IMG/VR virus record: IMGVR_UViG_3300027747_002579
Location: 43,672 to 107,671 of that record
DNA from: a virus
Direction: 5' to 3' (one strand)
DNA: 64,000 nucleotides
Shown in pieces: positions 30,073 through 40,445 of the stretch (the first letter of the stretch is position 1; every line of letters begins with the position of its first letter). The translations under genes were made by a program, and so were the position numbers. Under the pieces are notes generated by a model. It was not told the origin of the DNA and ran no database searches. It was given only the letters and a program-made list of their open reading frames with translations.

Positions 30073-30759
30073 TTATTTGATGGATTTAATAACAAATCCT
30101 GTGTCATCTTTCTTAGCTAGTCCTTTTGCTCTAAGTCCTACAACAACACCTTGTTCATCCATCCATCTAACATCATCGATGTCACCATCAATCACTCTTA
30201 CACCATTCCATTCTACAGGAAGACTTTGTCCCTTCTTAACATCAAACACAACAGCAATATTTGCTTTCTTCTGAATGGCTTTCTTAACATCTTCATTATT
30301 TTCTTCGTTTCTACTGAACGTTAAATGATAATTAGAAGGAAGAGGATTGTCAAATCTATTTAAGACTTTCGTATAGTCGTAGAATTTAACATTAGGAAAC
30401 TCTTCCATGATTTTAAAACGTGTCCATTCAATATCAGAAGTTCCATTAAGACGTACACAAGGAATATAATTTAACTTGTTAGCTTTTTTAACTAATTCTG
30501 TTATATCACATTTCAATAAATATATAAAAGCATCTCTTTGTTCAAAGAAGAGTTTTGTACGTTTTATTCTTGCTTGTTGCACTGTAGAAAACCTTCCCTG
30601 TCCTGCTGTATATAGACATGACGTGGTGCATCCTTCACTTCTTTTAGGACAAACTTCCCATCCAGATATTTTCCCTGGAGCAAGATAGAGGATGCCTGTA
30701 AGCATCCCCTTCTTTTCTCCTTTTATTGTTTTAGCGTTATTTAGAGTGAGTAAGTACAT
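30073..30759 (-). CDS. Gp88-like protein (Cys-motif, radical-SAM-related)
   Basis: CP....GC...CL..AG.G, VRLNGTSD, FYDYTK, NYHLTFS. Confidence 0.75.
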   Translation of the reverse strand: MYLLTLNNAKTIKGEKKGMLTGILYLAPGKISGWEVCPKRSEGCTTSCLYTAGQGRFSTVQQARIKRTKLFFEQRDAFIYLLKCDITELVKKANKLNYIPCVRLNGTSDIEWTRFKIMEEFPNVKFYDYTKVLNRFDNPLPSNYHLTFSRNEENNEDVKKAIQKKANIAVVFDVKKGQSLPVEWNGVRVIDGDIDDVRWMDEQGVVVGLRAKGLAKKDDTGFVIKSIK

Positions 30760-31105
30760 CTTCTAATATTTTAAAAGCTTCAATAACAGCATCTCTTTCA
30801 GCACTGATTCTATCTTTGTAGTTTTTCATATTAATACCATCTCCCACTTTCCACCAAAAAGATCCTTCAAAATAATCAATGTCTATGTATATTCCATTCA
30901 AATCAAATATATCAAACAACGATCTTGGATTATTATCCACCATCGTTGCTAATTGTTCATCATCAATTTGTATTTCTGATAAACGTTCTTTGTATTCTTC
31001 AGGGACATCAGACTTTCTTAAATTTTCAATAAACTTCGACACATACCAATCATATATTGCATTTCTACAGAATGGATGACTATTCAACAACTCAATACCT
31101 CTCAT
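30737..31105 (-). CDS. Hypothetical protein
   Basis: ORF in operon. Confidence 0.6.
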   Translation of the reverse strand: MRGIELLNSHPFCRNAIYDWYVSKFIENLRKSDVPEEYKERLSEIQIDDEQLATMVDNNPRSLFDIFDLNGIYIDIDYFEGSFWWKVGDGINMKNYKDRISAERDAVIEAFKILEDVLTHSK

Positions 31106-31659
31106 ATATTATCTTTTAATTTTTCAATATTTAACACTTCCTTATCCTCATCAAACAATTCCCAAACTTCCATATCGTCTGTGAATTCTACACCAAACTC
31201 TTTTTCCCAATGTTCTTTCATGTCTCGTGTTTTATTGAAGATTCTGTACTGAAGAGAGATTTCGTCTCTATGTAATCCTCCCACCATAAGCTTCAACACT
31301 TTAGGAAACAGTTGTTGAAATTCTTTAGATGTGAGGGAATATTTACCTTCTTTCACCATAATAAAATCTTTTTTAAATTGATCATTCAACTTATAAACAG
31401 ATACAACATATCCATCCTCATAATCATAATCATCAATAAGATTTGTGCCTTTTCTATCATACTCAGATTCTATAAACTTGTTAAACTTGTCTAAGTTTTT
31501 TGGCTTAAACAATAAACACACACTGTCCTCATATTCCAATTCTCTGAGTTCATCTTTCAAATAAGCATTCAAAAAATTATTGTCTTGCAACTTCTCTCTT
31601 CCTATTTTCAATGTAGGAACAAAAAATATTGTTGTATTTGTCTTTGTCATTTTCTCCAT
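31102..31659 (-). CDS. Hypothetical protein
   Basis: 185-aa coupled ORF. Confidence 0.65.
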   Translation of the reverse strand: MEKMTKTNTTIFFVPTLKIGREKLQDNNFLNAYLKDELRELEYEDSVCLLFKPKNLDKFNKFIESEYDRKGTNLIDDYDYEDGYVVSVYKLNDQFKKDFIMVKEGKYSLTSKEFQQLFPKVLKLMVGGLHRDEISLQYRIFNKTRDMKEHWEKEFGVEFTDDMEVWELFDEDKEVLNIEKLKDNI

Positions 31660-32693
31660 TATCCTCTAATATTTATTTTACCTCCAGCAATAAAGTTTTT
31701 TCTACTAATATTCCACATATCATTTACAATAGCCCAATCCAAATCCTTGATAATTTCTCTCACTCCTGGATAATATTTCCCTTTGTGTTCAAATCCTTCA
31801 AGAGCTTTCAGATAATCAGAGCTGTCTAGTGTATAGACAAGAGGATTCATATAGTTTATGCTATCACAAACAATAAACTTTGGATAGAGCACACTATAGT
31901 TTTTTAAATCTTCATTCATCTCAACAACATGTTGTGCTGCTTTATGGTAGAGATAGGCTTGAATATAAGCTCTTCTATAGAGATAGTAGTCTTCATAAAA
32001 TCCTTCAACGCTCCATACACATTTCAAGTCATACACCTGTATAGTTTCTTCTTTATGGTCTATTACCAATTTATCAAAAAGACTCTTAAATGAATGTCCT
32101 TCCACTCTATACCCTTCTACAGCAAATTGATTGTAAACACTATATCTTTTATCATTCTCTAGATTGACAATGTGTTGTGTTGCAAAATTGGTTTTCAACT
32201 CATTGACAATCTTCTCAGCATTCTCTAAGTCATTAAGCGTAATAACAGAAAGTCCTTTTGTTCTCACCATTATTATTTCTTTGTAATACAACTCAGCATC
32301 ACTCTTTGCAAACTTGGTGATGACAGCATCAAATTTAATTTTGAATCCACTGTCTGTATAAGCCATTCTTGCTATTTCTTCAAAGTCTAATTCTTTGTTC
32401 TCTATAGTGTGTTTGTACAAAGCTTCTACAAAAGCTAACATAAGTCCTGTAGGAGCACTCAAACATGCTGATAGGTGAAATCTATTCTCCACTTCCAATG
32501 GTTCTAATAGAATAGTTTCTACAAGTCTACCCATAAGAGAAGCCTGATTTTCTGATTCTTCTGTTTTCTCTCCAAGAACATATCTCTTATAATACTTCTT
32601 TCTGTCCATGGAGAACTCTTTCAAACTAGAAGAGCTATCCAACTTGACAGCTCTATACTCTTTCTCTGTTCTTTTCTTTCCTTTTATACTCAT
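31659..32693 (-). CDS. PD-(D/E)XK exonuclease (RecE/ExoVIII-like)
   Basis: S.SSLK, G.LVE, K..FD......I.VYDLK, Y.QA.LY. Confidence 0.75.
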   Translation of the reverse strand: MSIKGKKRTEKEYRAVKLDSSSSLKEFSMDRKKYYKRYVLGEKTEESENQASLMGRLVETILLEPLEVENRFHLSACLSAPTGLMLAFVEALYKHTIENKELDFEEIARMAYTDSGFKIKFDAVITKFAKSDAELYYKEIIMVRTKGLSVITLNDLENAEKIVNELKTNFATQHIVNLENDKRYSVYNQFAVEGYRVEGHSFKSLFDKLVIDHKEETIQVYDLKCVWSVEGFYEDYYLYRRAYIQAYLYHKAAQHVVEMNEDLKNYSVLYPKFIVCDSINYMNPLVYTLDSSDYLKALEGFEHKGKYYPGVREIIKDLDWAIVNDMWNISRKNFIAGGKINIRG

Positions 32694-32965
32694 GGTGTGT
32701 AGTTTTTAAAGTTTGGTTTAATTTCTCCTCCGTCCATTTTATTTGGATAGACGTATACATCATCGTCATAAAAATTACGCACTCTTCCATCTTCGTACAG
32801 TATTACCTTCCAGACAGTGTTTACATCTGGTCCATAGTCTATCCAAGCTATACATTTCCCATAACCTAGAGGAGTTTCTATGTCTATAGGATTTCTAAGT
32901 TCATGTATTATTGCCAAAATATAAGAATTGTAGAGATGATGATTAAAATAGATGTGTACGCCCAA
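32690..32965 (-). CDS. Hypothetical protein (start uncertain)
   Basis: TPLG.G...WIDYG pattern. Confidence 0.5.
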   Translation of the reverse strand: MGVHIYFNHHLYNSYILAIIHELRNPIDIETPLGYGKCIAWIDYGPDVNTVWKVILYEDGRVRNFYDDDVYVYPNKMDGGEIKPNFKNYTP

Positions 32966-33273
32966 TATCCTATTGTCTTAGGAATAATGTTTGTCAACCT
33001 ATCAATAATTGATGTTGTTGTCTCACTAATATATGTAAGAGAAATTCCTCTGAAATAATTCAGCGATGTGTTAAATACAGGAATTCTTATTAACAAGAGT
33101 CCCATACACATCAAAATATCTCTACTAATTACATAAACAACAGCAACAATAGTGCCATACACAAGACCATTTATTCCGTGGTAGATGTGTTCACCTTTCT
33201 TAATCTTTTCACTGTCAATTAACGCTAAAATTCCATTCAATAGAATGAATGCTAAATAAATACTAATTTTCAT
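32908..33273 (-). CDS. Membrane protein
   Basis: Several hydrophobic segments. Confidence 0.6.
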   Translation of the reverse strand: MKISIYLAFILLNGILALIDSEKIKKGEHIYHGINGLVYGTIVAVVYVISRDILMCMGLLLIRIPVFNTSLNYFRGISLTYISETTTSIIDRLTNIIPKTIGYWAYTSILIIISTILIFWQ

Positions 33274-33505
33274 TTTCCATGTGTTTAAATGCTTTAATAA
33301 TAACTGGATAGAGAGCCCTCACTTCTTTAGGTACACTCTTATAAAACCATCTCACTTCTAAATCAAAGTCGTGTGGAGGTTCTCCTTGTGGATCAATTAA
33401 CCAAAACTTATGTTCTTTTCCTTCCCACTCTACACTTCCTTCATACCAAAATTCTATGAATGAAGCATTTTTACTAATTTCCATTCTCACTTCTCTATTA
33501 TCCAT
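33263..33505 (-). CDS. Hypothetical protein
   Basis: Operon position. Confidence 0.55.
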   Translation of the reverse strand: MDNREVRMEISKNASFIEFWYEGSVEWEGKEHKFWLIDPQGEPPHDFDLEVRWFYKSVPKEVRALYPVIIKAFKHMENEN

Positions 33506-33737
33506 CAGGATTCCATTTGTAGCTTAATAGCTTATAATCTTTCCCTCCTACATATTTGTTCTGCATCAATCCTGATGTAGCAATCACTTTCTTCTTCAGA
33601 TCTTCTGGAGAAAGAGTCATTGTTTCTCCTGCATATTCCACTAAATAATTCTCGTTCTTTTTGATTGCTTCTTCCACTTGAAAATCTTTCAAGTCAGCAA
33701 TGTTCCCTTTGTACAGTTTTGTTAGTTTAATTTTCAT
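33498..33737 (-). CDS. Hypothetical protein
   Basis: Operon position. Confidence 0.55.
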   Translation of the reverse strand: MKIKLTKLYKGNIADLKDFQVEEAIKKNENYLVEYAGETMTLSPEDLKKKVIATSGLMQNKYVGGKDYKLLSYKWNPDG

Positions 33738-34126
33738 TTTTTTTCTTTTTGAGTTTTTGTGTTATGACATTTTGAACACAAACATTGTAGCTTTTCAACT
33801 TCTACAAACAGTCTTTCTACAAATCCTGGCAGGTCTTGTGCAGAATTAAGACTTCCTGCTGGGCAAATATGATCTACAGCAACTTCATCTCCTTTAAACC
33901 AATTCTTACATTCATTACATTGATATTCATATTTCTGTCGTTTATTAAGACCTGTATAGGCACGTCTAGCATTTAATTTACATTCTGTAATGGGTTTCCA
34001 ATACATTGTTTTTCTTCTTAACGTGCTTCTAATAAAACTCCAGAAAGCTGATGCAGTCATTGTTCCTGAATTATATGGCTTGTCCACCACTTTTCTTTCT
34101 TTCTTCTCTCTTTTTGCTTTTGCCAT
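33734..34126 (-). CDS. HNH endonuclease (NinG/endonuclease-like)
   Basis: CNEC...VDHI...LQCLCSKCH..KT. Confidence 0.75.
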   Translation of the reverse strand: MAKAKREKKERKVVDKPYNSGTMTASAFWSFIRSTLRRKTMYWKPITECKLNARRAYTGLNKRQKYEYQCNECKNWFKGDEVAVDHICPAGSLNSAQDLPGFVERLFVEVEKLQCLCSKCHNTKTQKEKK

Positions 34127-34142
34127 TGTATAAATTTAAAAA

Positions 34143-34176
34143 TTCTCTCCCAAATATAAAAATAAATGGGAGAGAA
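34143..34176 (-). promoter_or_regulatory. Hairpin with an embedded TATATTTG promoter element
   Basis: TTCTCTCCCA...TGGGAGAGAA stem; CAAATATA at 34151-34158. Confidence 0.5.
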
Positions 34177-34183
34177 TAAATAA

Positions 34184-35665
34184 TTAAATATTATTCACTC
34201 TATTAGAAATGGTGTCTTTCATTTCTTCTAGAGATTTTACAATATTGTTTAGTTCAACAATGTTAATGCTTGGAAGATTGTATTCATACTTCTTCATTTC
34301 TACAGCAAATCCTTCATTCACTTTATTCATAAGATTGGAAAGCTCATCAACAGCATATTGCTCATCTAATTGTAAGAAGTCAAAATCTCCATCATTCATA
34401 ATCTCATCTGCTTCTTCAACAGTGGTGGTCATAAATGGAAGATATTCGTAACATCTACCCTTCTCTGTTCCAATACCCACCACCTTCATAGGATTGATGA
34501 GAGTGAATACAGTGGTGTCACCACAAAGAACATAAGGAGCTGTATAACCAGCAAAGTGTAATCCTGCTGTAGCACAATCTTGTGTACTCCAATTACAATC
34601 TTCTTTAGGCATACTCACTGCTTGACCAATACGAATGTCAAATGTTCTACTCCAATTGTCTGTATATCTATTCTCGTGTCTATTGGGAAGATCAAGATAG
34701 AGGTCTGTAAGAATTCCTATTTCTTCGCCTTGATGAATAGGTATTTGAGTGTTGTAAGTGTATTCTTCCACTTGTCCATCTCCATCACATCCTTCACATT
34801 CTACATCCCAATCGCTACCAAGTCCTGTACCATCACATTCTCTACATTCTGTAGAATACATTATTTCATTTGCATAAAGACTATCCTTGTGGACAATTTT
34901 GTATTCTCCATTTTGATAGAAAATTACATAATCGTTAGGACTCTTCTTCCATACAGCCTTCACTTTGTTGTATGCGTTTGTAATAAAATCTACAAACTCA
35001 TTACCCCCATGAACATTTACAACATTCCTAAGAGCTACAAAAAGTCCTTGTTTGGTAATTTTCATACCATTCTTGTTCAAGAAGTCATAAAGCTTGTCTG
35101 CCACTTCTGCTCTTGGATTGAGGCAACACCACATAAAAAATCTCTTCAAGCCTTGATATTCATCATTCTCATCAAGACGAAGTTCACCAAAACCTGCACA
35201 ATACTTTGCAATGTTTATAACATCAACAAACCTTTCAACAAGTAATTGAGGAAGACTTCTGTTAATTCCTTTGAGATAGACACTGCCATCTTTTAATTCA
35301 AATTCTCCTGTATTCACTAGAATAGAAAAACTATCATGGAAAGAACTTATTCTCTCTGCTTCCATTTGTCTTTGCATTTGCTCTGCATAAACATTATCAT
35401 CAGTGAACACTTGACGAATCTCTTCTATAGAAGAAGCATTCTTTACATTGTAATAATCCTCAGATGTAGCGTTGATTTTAGAAATCACATCACCATTGTT
35501 TAGAACAACAGTGAGAACATCATTAATCAATTTAACATTCAAATAAGGAACTTCTCCACTTCTTTCTTGTTCCAACTCTTTCACTGCCTGATTTACCCTA
35601 ATTTCTACAATTCTGTCTACAGAACTCTTAATTGCTTCCTTGAACCATTTCAAACTAATACCCAT
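34184..35665 (-). CDS. rIIB-like protein with a CxxCxGxG zinc-finger insertion
   Basis: LNP...LY.FL....IT..G.FVA.R.V, GLH, INP..VV, RC pattern; follows the rIIA-like gene. Confidence 0.7.
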   Translation of the reverse strand: MGISLKWFKEAIKSSVDRIVEIRVNQAVKELEQERSGEVPYLNVKLINDVLTVVLNNGDVISKINATSEDYYNVKNASSIEEIRQVFTDDNVYAEQMQRQMEAERISSFHDSFSILVNTGEFELKDGSVYLKGINRSLPQLLVERFVDVINIAKYCAGFGELRLDENDEYQGLKRFFMWCCLNPRAEVADKLYDFLNKNGMKITKQGLFVALRNVVNVHGGNEFVDFITNAYNKVKAVWKKSPNDYVIFYQNGEYKIVHKDSLYANEIMYSTECRECDGTGLGSDWDVECEGCDGDGQVEEYTYNTQIPIHQGEEIGILTDLYLDLPNRHENRYTDNWSRTFDIRIGQAVSMPKEDCNWSTQDCATAGLHFAGYTAPYVLCGDTTVFTLINPMKVVGIGTEKGRCYEYLPFMTTTVEEADEIMNDGDFDFLQLDEQYAVDELSNLMNKVNEGFAVEMKKYEYNLPSINIVELNNIVKSLEEMKDTISNRVNNI

Positions 35666-35728
35666 AATTGTTGTTTTTTCTTGATTTTTAAAAAATGCAG
35701 TGGTAAGGATGCTGCACCCCTATTTAAT

Positions 35729-35971
35729 TTAATTTATTGATGGAGTTAATACCACTTGAATCCTAATGTTTCCAATTTCCCATTCTTTATACAAACATCT
35801 TTCAACACGATTTGCATTAACAATTGCGTCTGGATATCTCTCTAGAGTTTTTTCTGATTGATATCCTTGAAGCCATATTTCATTTTTATAAATGGTTATG
35901 CAATAAAAATCATCTGCGTCAATGTCTAATTTCAATAATACATCTACCGTGTCTTTCATTTCTTCTCTCAT
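35729..35971 (-). CDS. Hypothetical protein
   Basis: Between the rIIA- and rIIB-like genes. Confidence 0.55.
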   Translation of the reverse strand: MREEMKDTVDVLLKLDIDADDFYCITIYKNEIWLQGYQSEKTLERYPDAIVNANRVERCLYKEWEIGNIRIQVVLTPSIN

Positions 35972-38199
35972 ACTATTTCGTTTAATGTTTCTGTAATTGG
36001 TTTATTCATTTTAATTCCAAAATCCTCAAAATTTACAGATTGAGAATAATAACTAAATAAGTCTGTAACTAATATACTATAATATTTGATGTTATATGAG
36101 TTGCTTATTGAATCAAACAAAGGATTAATGAAATGAAGGGTTTTAAATAATGCTTCTATTTGAAGAAATAGAGGATGTATTTCATCATCATACAATCCAT
36201 GAGTGTCTGCTATAGTTTTCATAGATTGTTTAAAAGAGTCATTAGCATAAGTGATGTAATGTTTGTTTCTATAAGTTTCTAATTCACACACCTTATCCCT
36301 TAAATCCTCACTAACAAGTTTTAAATATTCGTTCTTTATAAACACTGATTTGTATTTTCGATATAACTCATTAATTATATGAGCAGTGACAACTCTCTTA
36401 AACTCTATTGTATTTCCTTCCATAAATTCATCATATGTTATCCAGTTCTTTAAATTATGTTCCCTCATTTTAGCTTCTTGTGTAGGAGCAAATATAACCA
36501 CCTTCACTTCTTTAGACAAACTGTATATTGCATCTAAATACCCTTTGTTATCCTCTGTAGAATAAATCATCAGTGTGTCATATTCTTTAGACAAATCAAA
36601 AGAGTCACTAACAAACTTACAATACTGACCAGCAACATCTCTTTCAAGAGCAACACCCACCTTACCAATTATGTTTCCTTTGATTCTTTCTCTTCTCACT
36701 GGAGCTATACCACCATTTCTCTTCTTCTTTTGATTATCAATCCATGTTTGAGGAATTTCAATTTTATCAGCATCTATAAGAAGTTCATGATACATTTTCT
36801 CAATGATTTGAAACTCTTTAATTCTCTGTCTCCATTCACTTTTTGGATGTCTATGCAAAGATAACACACTATTGTAACATTCTCCTTCTCTACCAAACAA
36901 GGTGAAAGATTTTGTTTTCTTGAAGAAGTGAGAGGTTTCATTCCATCCTGTAGGAAGAGTGCTTCTCAAATAATCCTTCTTTTGATTTGTGAGAGTGGTG
37001 GTGAAAACATAACATCTATCATCGTCAGCAAAATTTTTGTAATAATTTGATTCTCTAAACTTACCTCTACACAATTCATATTTCTTTGTATAAGGATGAT
37101 CAAAATCGTTTCTTTTATTCTTGTATAAATAAGAAACATCCAACAATTCAATCCCCTTCACTTTAGGAGAAATAAAACTCATTGTAGAATATTTAGCAAT
37201 AGAATTAACATTAAGAACCACCTTTCCTTCTGTTACTATTTTTCTGTCAGAGAAAGAATTAATCAATTCTCTATACATAGTGATTTCTCTAGATGCTTCA
37301 TTGAATTTATTAATATAATAATCTGCAACAAACTGTATTTTCTTAAGTATTTTCTCTTTAGTTTCTTTTGTAATACGAATAGCTTCTCTGTTTGGTGTAG
37401 GATAGATGCCATCTGTCAAACTAAATCTCAATGCTACAGGAAACTCTATTGTTTCTATTCCAAGCTTTTGAAAATCTATAGAATAATAAACATTGTCTAA
37501 GCACATGTGCAAATTTCTATCTGTAGATAGTTCAGAAATCTGAAAGTGTTCACTTCTGGTGATGGTGAACTTATTATCTACACCATCACAATTGAAATAA
37601 ACATTCTCAAAGTATGCAAGTTGCTCTTTAATCTTACTCTCAAATGTATATCTATCAGACCATTTAACAGGAATAATCACTTTTACACCATTTGGTTCTG
37701 TTGTGTTTTTCTTGTACAACAAATCGATGGTGTTGAGATCTTCTCCTTCATACATCATGTATTTCCTCTCTACACCATTCTTTCTACAGATGAAATAAAA
37801 ACTACTACAATATGCAAGAGGGCTCTTGAATCCCAAACCAAACATACCAAGCTCTGTATTACTGTTTCTCTTGGTGCTCTTACCATACTTACTAATAATG
37901 TTTGCAACATCATCATCATCTAAACCAACACCAAAGTCTTCTACAGAAAACTCATAATTACTACTATCATTAATTTTAAAACTAACAATGATTGGATCTT
38001 TCACACCAGCTCTTCTATGACTATCTAGAGCATTACTAGCACACTCTCTGATAGTGGAGCCTATACCATCTGAATACAGATTTTTACTTAACATCTGCAT
38101 CAACATTTGAGCAGAATCTAAGTCTAGTGACATTCCAATACTTTCTTCACTGTTTCCTGTTGATAGGATTTCTACGTCTGATTGTTTTTCGTTTATCAT
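35968..38199 (-). CDS. rIIA-like protein (GHKL/HSP90-type ATPase N-terminus)
   Basis: LYS...IRE..SNA.D, DFGVG, STK, G.FGLGFK, NGV.V.IPV. Confidence 0.85.
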   Translation of the reverse strand: MINEKQSDVEILSTGNSEESIGMSLDLDSAQMLMQMLSKNLYSDGIGSTIRECASNALDSHRRAGVKDPIIVSFKINDSSNYEFSVEDFGVGLDDDDVANIISKYGKSTKRNSNTELGMFGLGFKSPLAYCSSFYFICRKNGVERKYMMYEGEDLNTIDLLYKKNTTEPNGVKVIIPVKWSDRYTFESKIKEQLAYFENVYFNCDGVDNKFTITRSEHFQISELSTDRNLHMCLDNVYYSIDFQKLGIETIEFPVALRFSLTDGIYPTPNREAIRITKETKEKILKKIQFVADYYINKFNEASREITMYRELINSFSDRKIVTEGKVVLNVNSIAKYSTMSFISPKVKGIELLDVSYLYKNKRNDFDHPYTKKYELCRGKFRESNYYKNFADDDRCYVFTTTLTNQKKDYLRSTLPTGWNETSHFFKKTKSFTLFGREGECYNSVLSLHRHPKSEWRQRIKEFQIIEKMYHELLIDADKIEIPQTWIDNQKKKRNGGIAPVRRERIKGNIIGKVGVALERDVAGQYCKFVSDSFDLSKEYDTLMIYSTEDNKGYLDAIYSLSKEVKVVIFAPTQEAKMREHNLKNWITYDEFMEGNTIEFKRVVTAHIINELYRKYKSVFIKNEYLKLVSEDLRDKVCELETYRNKHYITYANDSFKQSMKTIADTHGLYDDEIHPLFLQIEALFKTLHFINPLFDSISNSYNIKYYSILVTDLFSYYSQSVNFEDFGIKMNKPITETLNEIV

Positions 38200-38210
38200 T
38201 TTCTTGTTTT

Positions 38211-38474
38211 TTATTTATTTGATTTTATAATTAGTATATCTCTGTGATTAAGATCTAGATACATGTCTTTTTTAACAATTGTATAGTCATCTAAATCGTT
38301 TGTTAAAATGTCACATTTAACAGAACTATAAGATCCCCAAGCTCTCTTTGTTGTTTCTTTAGGAATTCCTTTCACTATCACTCTTCTTAAATAACTATTG
38401 CTTCCTAAAAGGATTTCATCTCCTTGTTGTAATTCATCAATTTTTATTATACGCATAGTTGTCATCTTTTTCAA
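38211..38474 (-). CDS. Hypothetical protein (paralogue of 38437-38772)
   Basis: Shared pattern ..L..GD.I...SN..L...SVKC...Y..LN.R.I. Confidence 0.6.
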   Translation of the reverse strand: MKKMTTMRIIKIDELQQGDEILLGSNSYLRRVIVKGIPKETTKRAWGSYSSVKCDILTNDLDDYTIVKKDMYLDLNHRDILIIKSNK

Positions 38475-38772
38475 TTAATAATATGTTTCTATAATTTAAA
38501 TTTACATAAATGTTAACATCATGATCTTCAAATGTAGGAACATATTCCTTTAAGTTTCTTGTTGCTGTATATGTACCACTACCATATGTCAACACTGTTG
38601 TTTTCACCTTTATTGAGCATTTTACACTCTTCCAATTAACATCATTAGGTATCCATCTTCTTGGTTTTCCTATTACTGGTTTTTTCAACACTGTCATAAA
38701 TTTCAGCTTTGTATTACTGCTGACAATTATATTGTCTCCTACATTTAAGTCTTCCACTTTTACTACTTTCAT
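38437..38772 (-). CDS. Hypothetical protein (paralogue of 38211-38474)
   Basis: Same pattern as the adjacent ORF. Confidence 0.6.
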   Translation of the reverse strand: MKVVKVEDLNVGDNIIVSSNTKLKFMTVLKKPVIGKPRRWIPNDVNWKSVKCSIKVKTTVLTYGSGTYTATRNLKEYVPTFEDHDVNIYVNLNYRNILLIEKDDNYAYNKN

Positions 38773-38782
38773 TGTTTATTTT

Positions 38783-39499
38783 TTAAAAAGGTAATAATTC
38801 AAGCCATTCAATTTTTATTCCATTATTATCCATAAGGATTTTGTTCACTTTACCAAACACACCTTCTGTGTCCCAATCTATGTTTTTATAAGAAGCAGAT
38901 GCTGGATGGGAAACACAAAAGTTCCAACTCAAAGGAGAAGTGTATTTTTTATACTTCTCAGCATCCTTACCAATAAATACAATGGGTGCTCCTGTATAAG
39001 CAAACACTTCTTCCATTAGATATTTGATAAATGGTTGCCATAAATCATTATGACTACCTGCTTTATTTGCTTCTACAGTGAGAGCTGCATTTAGCATCAA
39101 CACACCTTGTTTGCACAAATAAGAAACATCTGGTCCTTTTACAGCATTTAAACACAACCCATCGTATAGTTCTCTCTCTACACCACTATAGAATTGTTCT
39201 AGAGAAGGCTGTATGTTTCCTGTTACAGAACATCCAAATAGCAGTCCATCTGCTACAGGCTCTCCACTTCTTACAGTGTGGTAGGGGCACATCCCCAATA
39301 ACACTACGTTCAAATTATCAAGAGGAGTTTCTTTAAAACATCTGAATACATTAGAAGAAAGAGGAGCAATTGTCTTGCCCCTCTTTGATTCGAATTTCAA
39401 ATGTTTATAAATAGCTTCACATTCCTCACTCTCAATAAAGGGCTTCATCTTCACCCACCAACTCTCGTGAAAGTATTCTTTAAACTTTTCCCAATCCAT
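38783..39499 (-). CDS. ung: Uracil-DNA glycosylase family 1-like
   Basis: VVLLGMCPYH, ADGLLF, QGVLMLNAALTV, GSH...W, SHPAS. Confidence 0.85.
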   Translation of the reverse strand: MDWEKFKEYFHESWWVKMKPFIESEECEAIYKHLKFESKRGKTIAPLSSNVFRCFKETPLDNLNVVLLGMCPYHTVRSGEPVADGLLFGCSVTGNIQPSLEQFYSGVERELYDGLCLNAVKGPDVSYLCKQGVLMLNAALTVEANKAGSHNDLWQPFIKYLMEEVFAYTGAPIVFIGKDAEKYKKYTSPLSWNFCVSHPASASYKNIDWDTEGVFGKVNKILMDNNGIKIEWLELLPF

Positions 39500-39501
39500 T
39501 A

Positions 39502-40272
39502 TTAAAATATTTCTAATTGTGTAAATGCTGATGTATCAATAGTCATAGGTCTTTTTGGAGAAACCACTGTTCCGCTATTGTCTACAAAAAACTTATGTGT
39601 GTTAATGTGAGCACTCATCCAATTTGCAGGATGTGAGTTCTTTAGAGCAAATGTTACGTGATTGTACAATTCCCAAAGACTTCCTGATGCATTATAATCA
39701 AACGTAGGACGCTCCATTTCTCTAGAGATGATGTTCAATTGTGTAGACGTAATAAAACACTCTTCCAAAAACAATCTACCAATCAATTCAGCAGAAGTTC
39801 TCTTTGTCACTTCTATCTGTTTAAACCCATCTCTCTGTTGTTGTAAGTTTCTAAATGCATCTCCTGCCTGTAGAATATAGTCAGAAATAGTGGAAGGAGC
39901 AATGGTTTGAATATCTCCTGTATGCTTTCTCTTGAATGCTCCAAAATCTCCTGCTACAGCTCCATTTTTACAAATAAATATTTGTGTTCCAATTGCAAAT
40001 TTCAAAGAAAGACTCTTGTCATAGCTATTCTGCCATCCTATTTGTAATTGCATTTCACTGTCTGCAACATTCTTAATAGTGTATTTAGCATTTGCTATAA
40101 GTCCACTTTCTATTGAACTATAACTTTCTTCATCAATTGCAAACCCTGCTTTACTAATTCCATTTAATGTTAAATCGATTAGTTCTGAATGACTCACTGG
40201 TTTGTACGTGTTGCTCTCTACAGGAAGAGAAACGTTTCTTAAAAAATTCTGTGTTGCTGAATAATTGCTCAT
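39502..40272 (-). CDS. DUF932-like protein
   Basis: NSYDKS...F.CKNG...RKHT...LW.LYN..T pattern. Confidence 0.7.
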   Translation of the reverse strand: MSNYSATQNFLRNVSLPVESNTYKPVSHSELIDLTLNGISKAGFAIDEESYSSIESGLIANAKYTIKNVADSEMQLQIGWQNSYDKSLSLKFAIGTQIFICKNGAVAGDFGAFKRKHTGDIQTIAPSTISDYILQAGDAFRNLQQQRDGFKQIEVTKRTSAELIGRLFLEECFITSTQLNIISREMERPTFDYNASGSLWELYNHVTFALKNSHPANWMSAHINTHKFFVDNSGTVVSPKRPMTIDTSAFTQLEIF

Positions 40273-40283
40273 GTTGTTTATTT

Positions 40284-40445
40284 TTATTGATTTTCTGATA
40301 ATTTGATTAATTCACCAAACCATCTTGTTAATATACCTTCTAAGTTTTCTATAGAAATACATTCTATTTCTTCTCCCTCTGATGTTTCTAAATATTCAAT
40401 GTTTTCTTGAATTTCTGTAATTAGCTTTTTTAATTCTGATTTCAT
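40284..40445 (-). CDS. Small hypothetical protein (53 aa)
   Basis: MKSELKKLITEIQENIEY..., ATGA overlap, read by hand. Confidence 0.5.
   Translation of the reverse strand: MKSELKKLITEIQENIEYLETSEGEEIECISIENLEGILTRWFGELIKLSENQ

Noticed and set aside
30068-30075. TAAATTTG promoter for nrdJ
   Set aside because: It overlaps a stop codon and lies upstream of a terminator hairpin, so it may be a chance match in AT-rich DNA.
34580-35245. 221-aa plus-strand ORF and the many other short antisense ORFs
   Set aside because: They are shadows of well-supported genes on the opposite strand and show no recognisable motifs.
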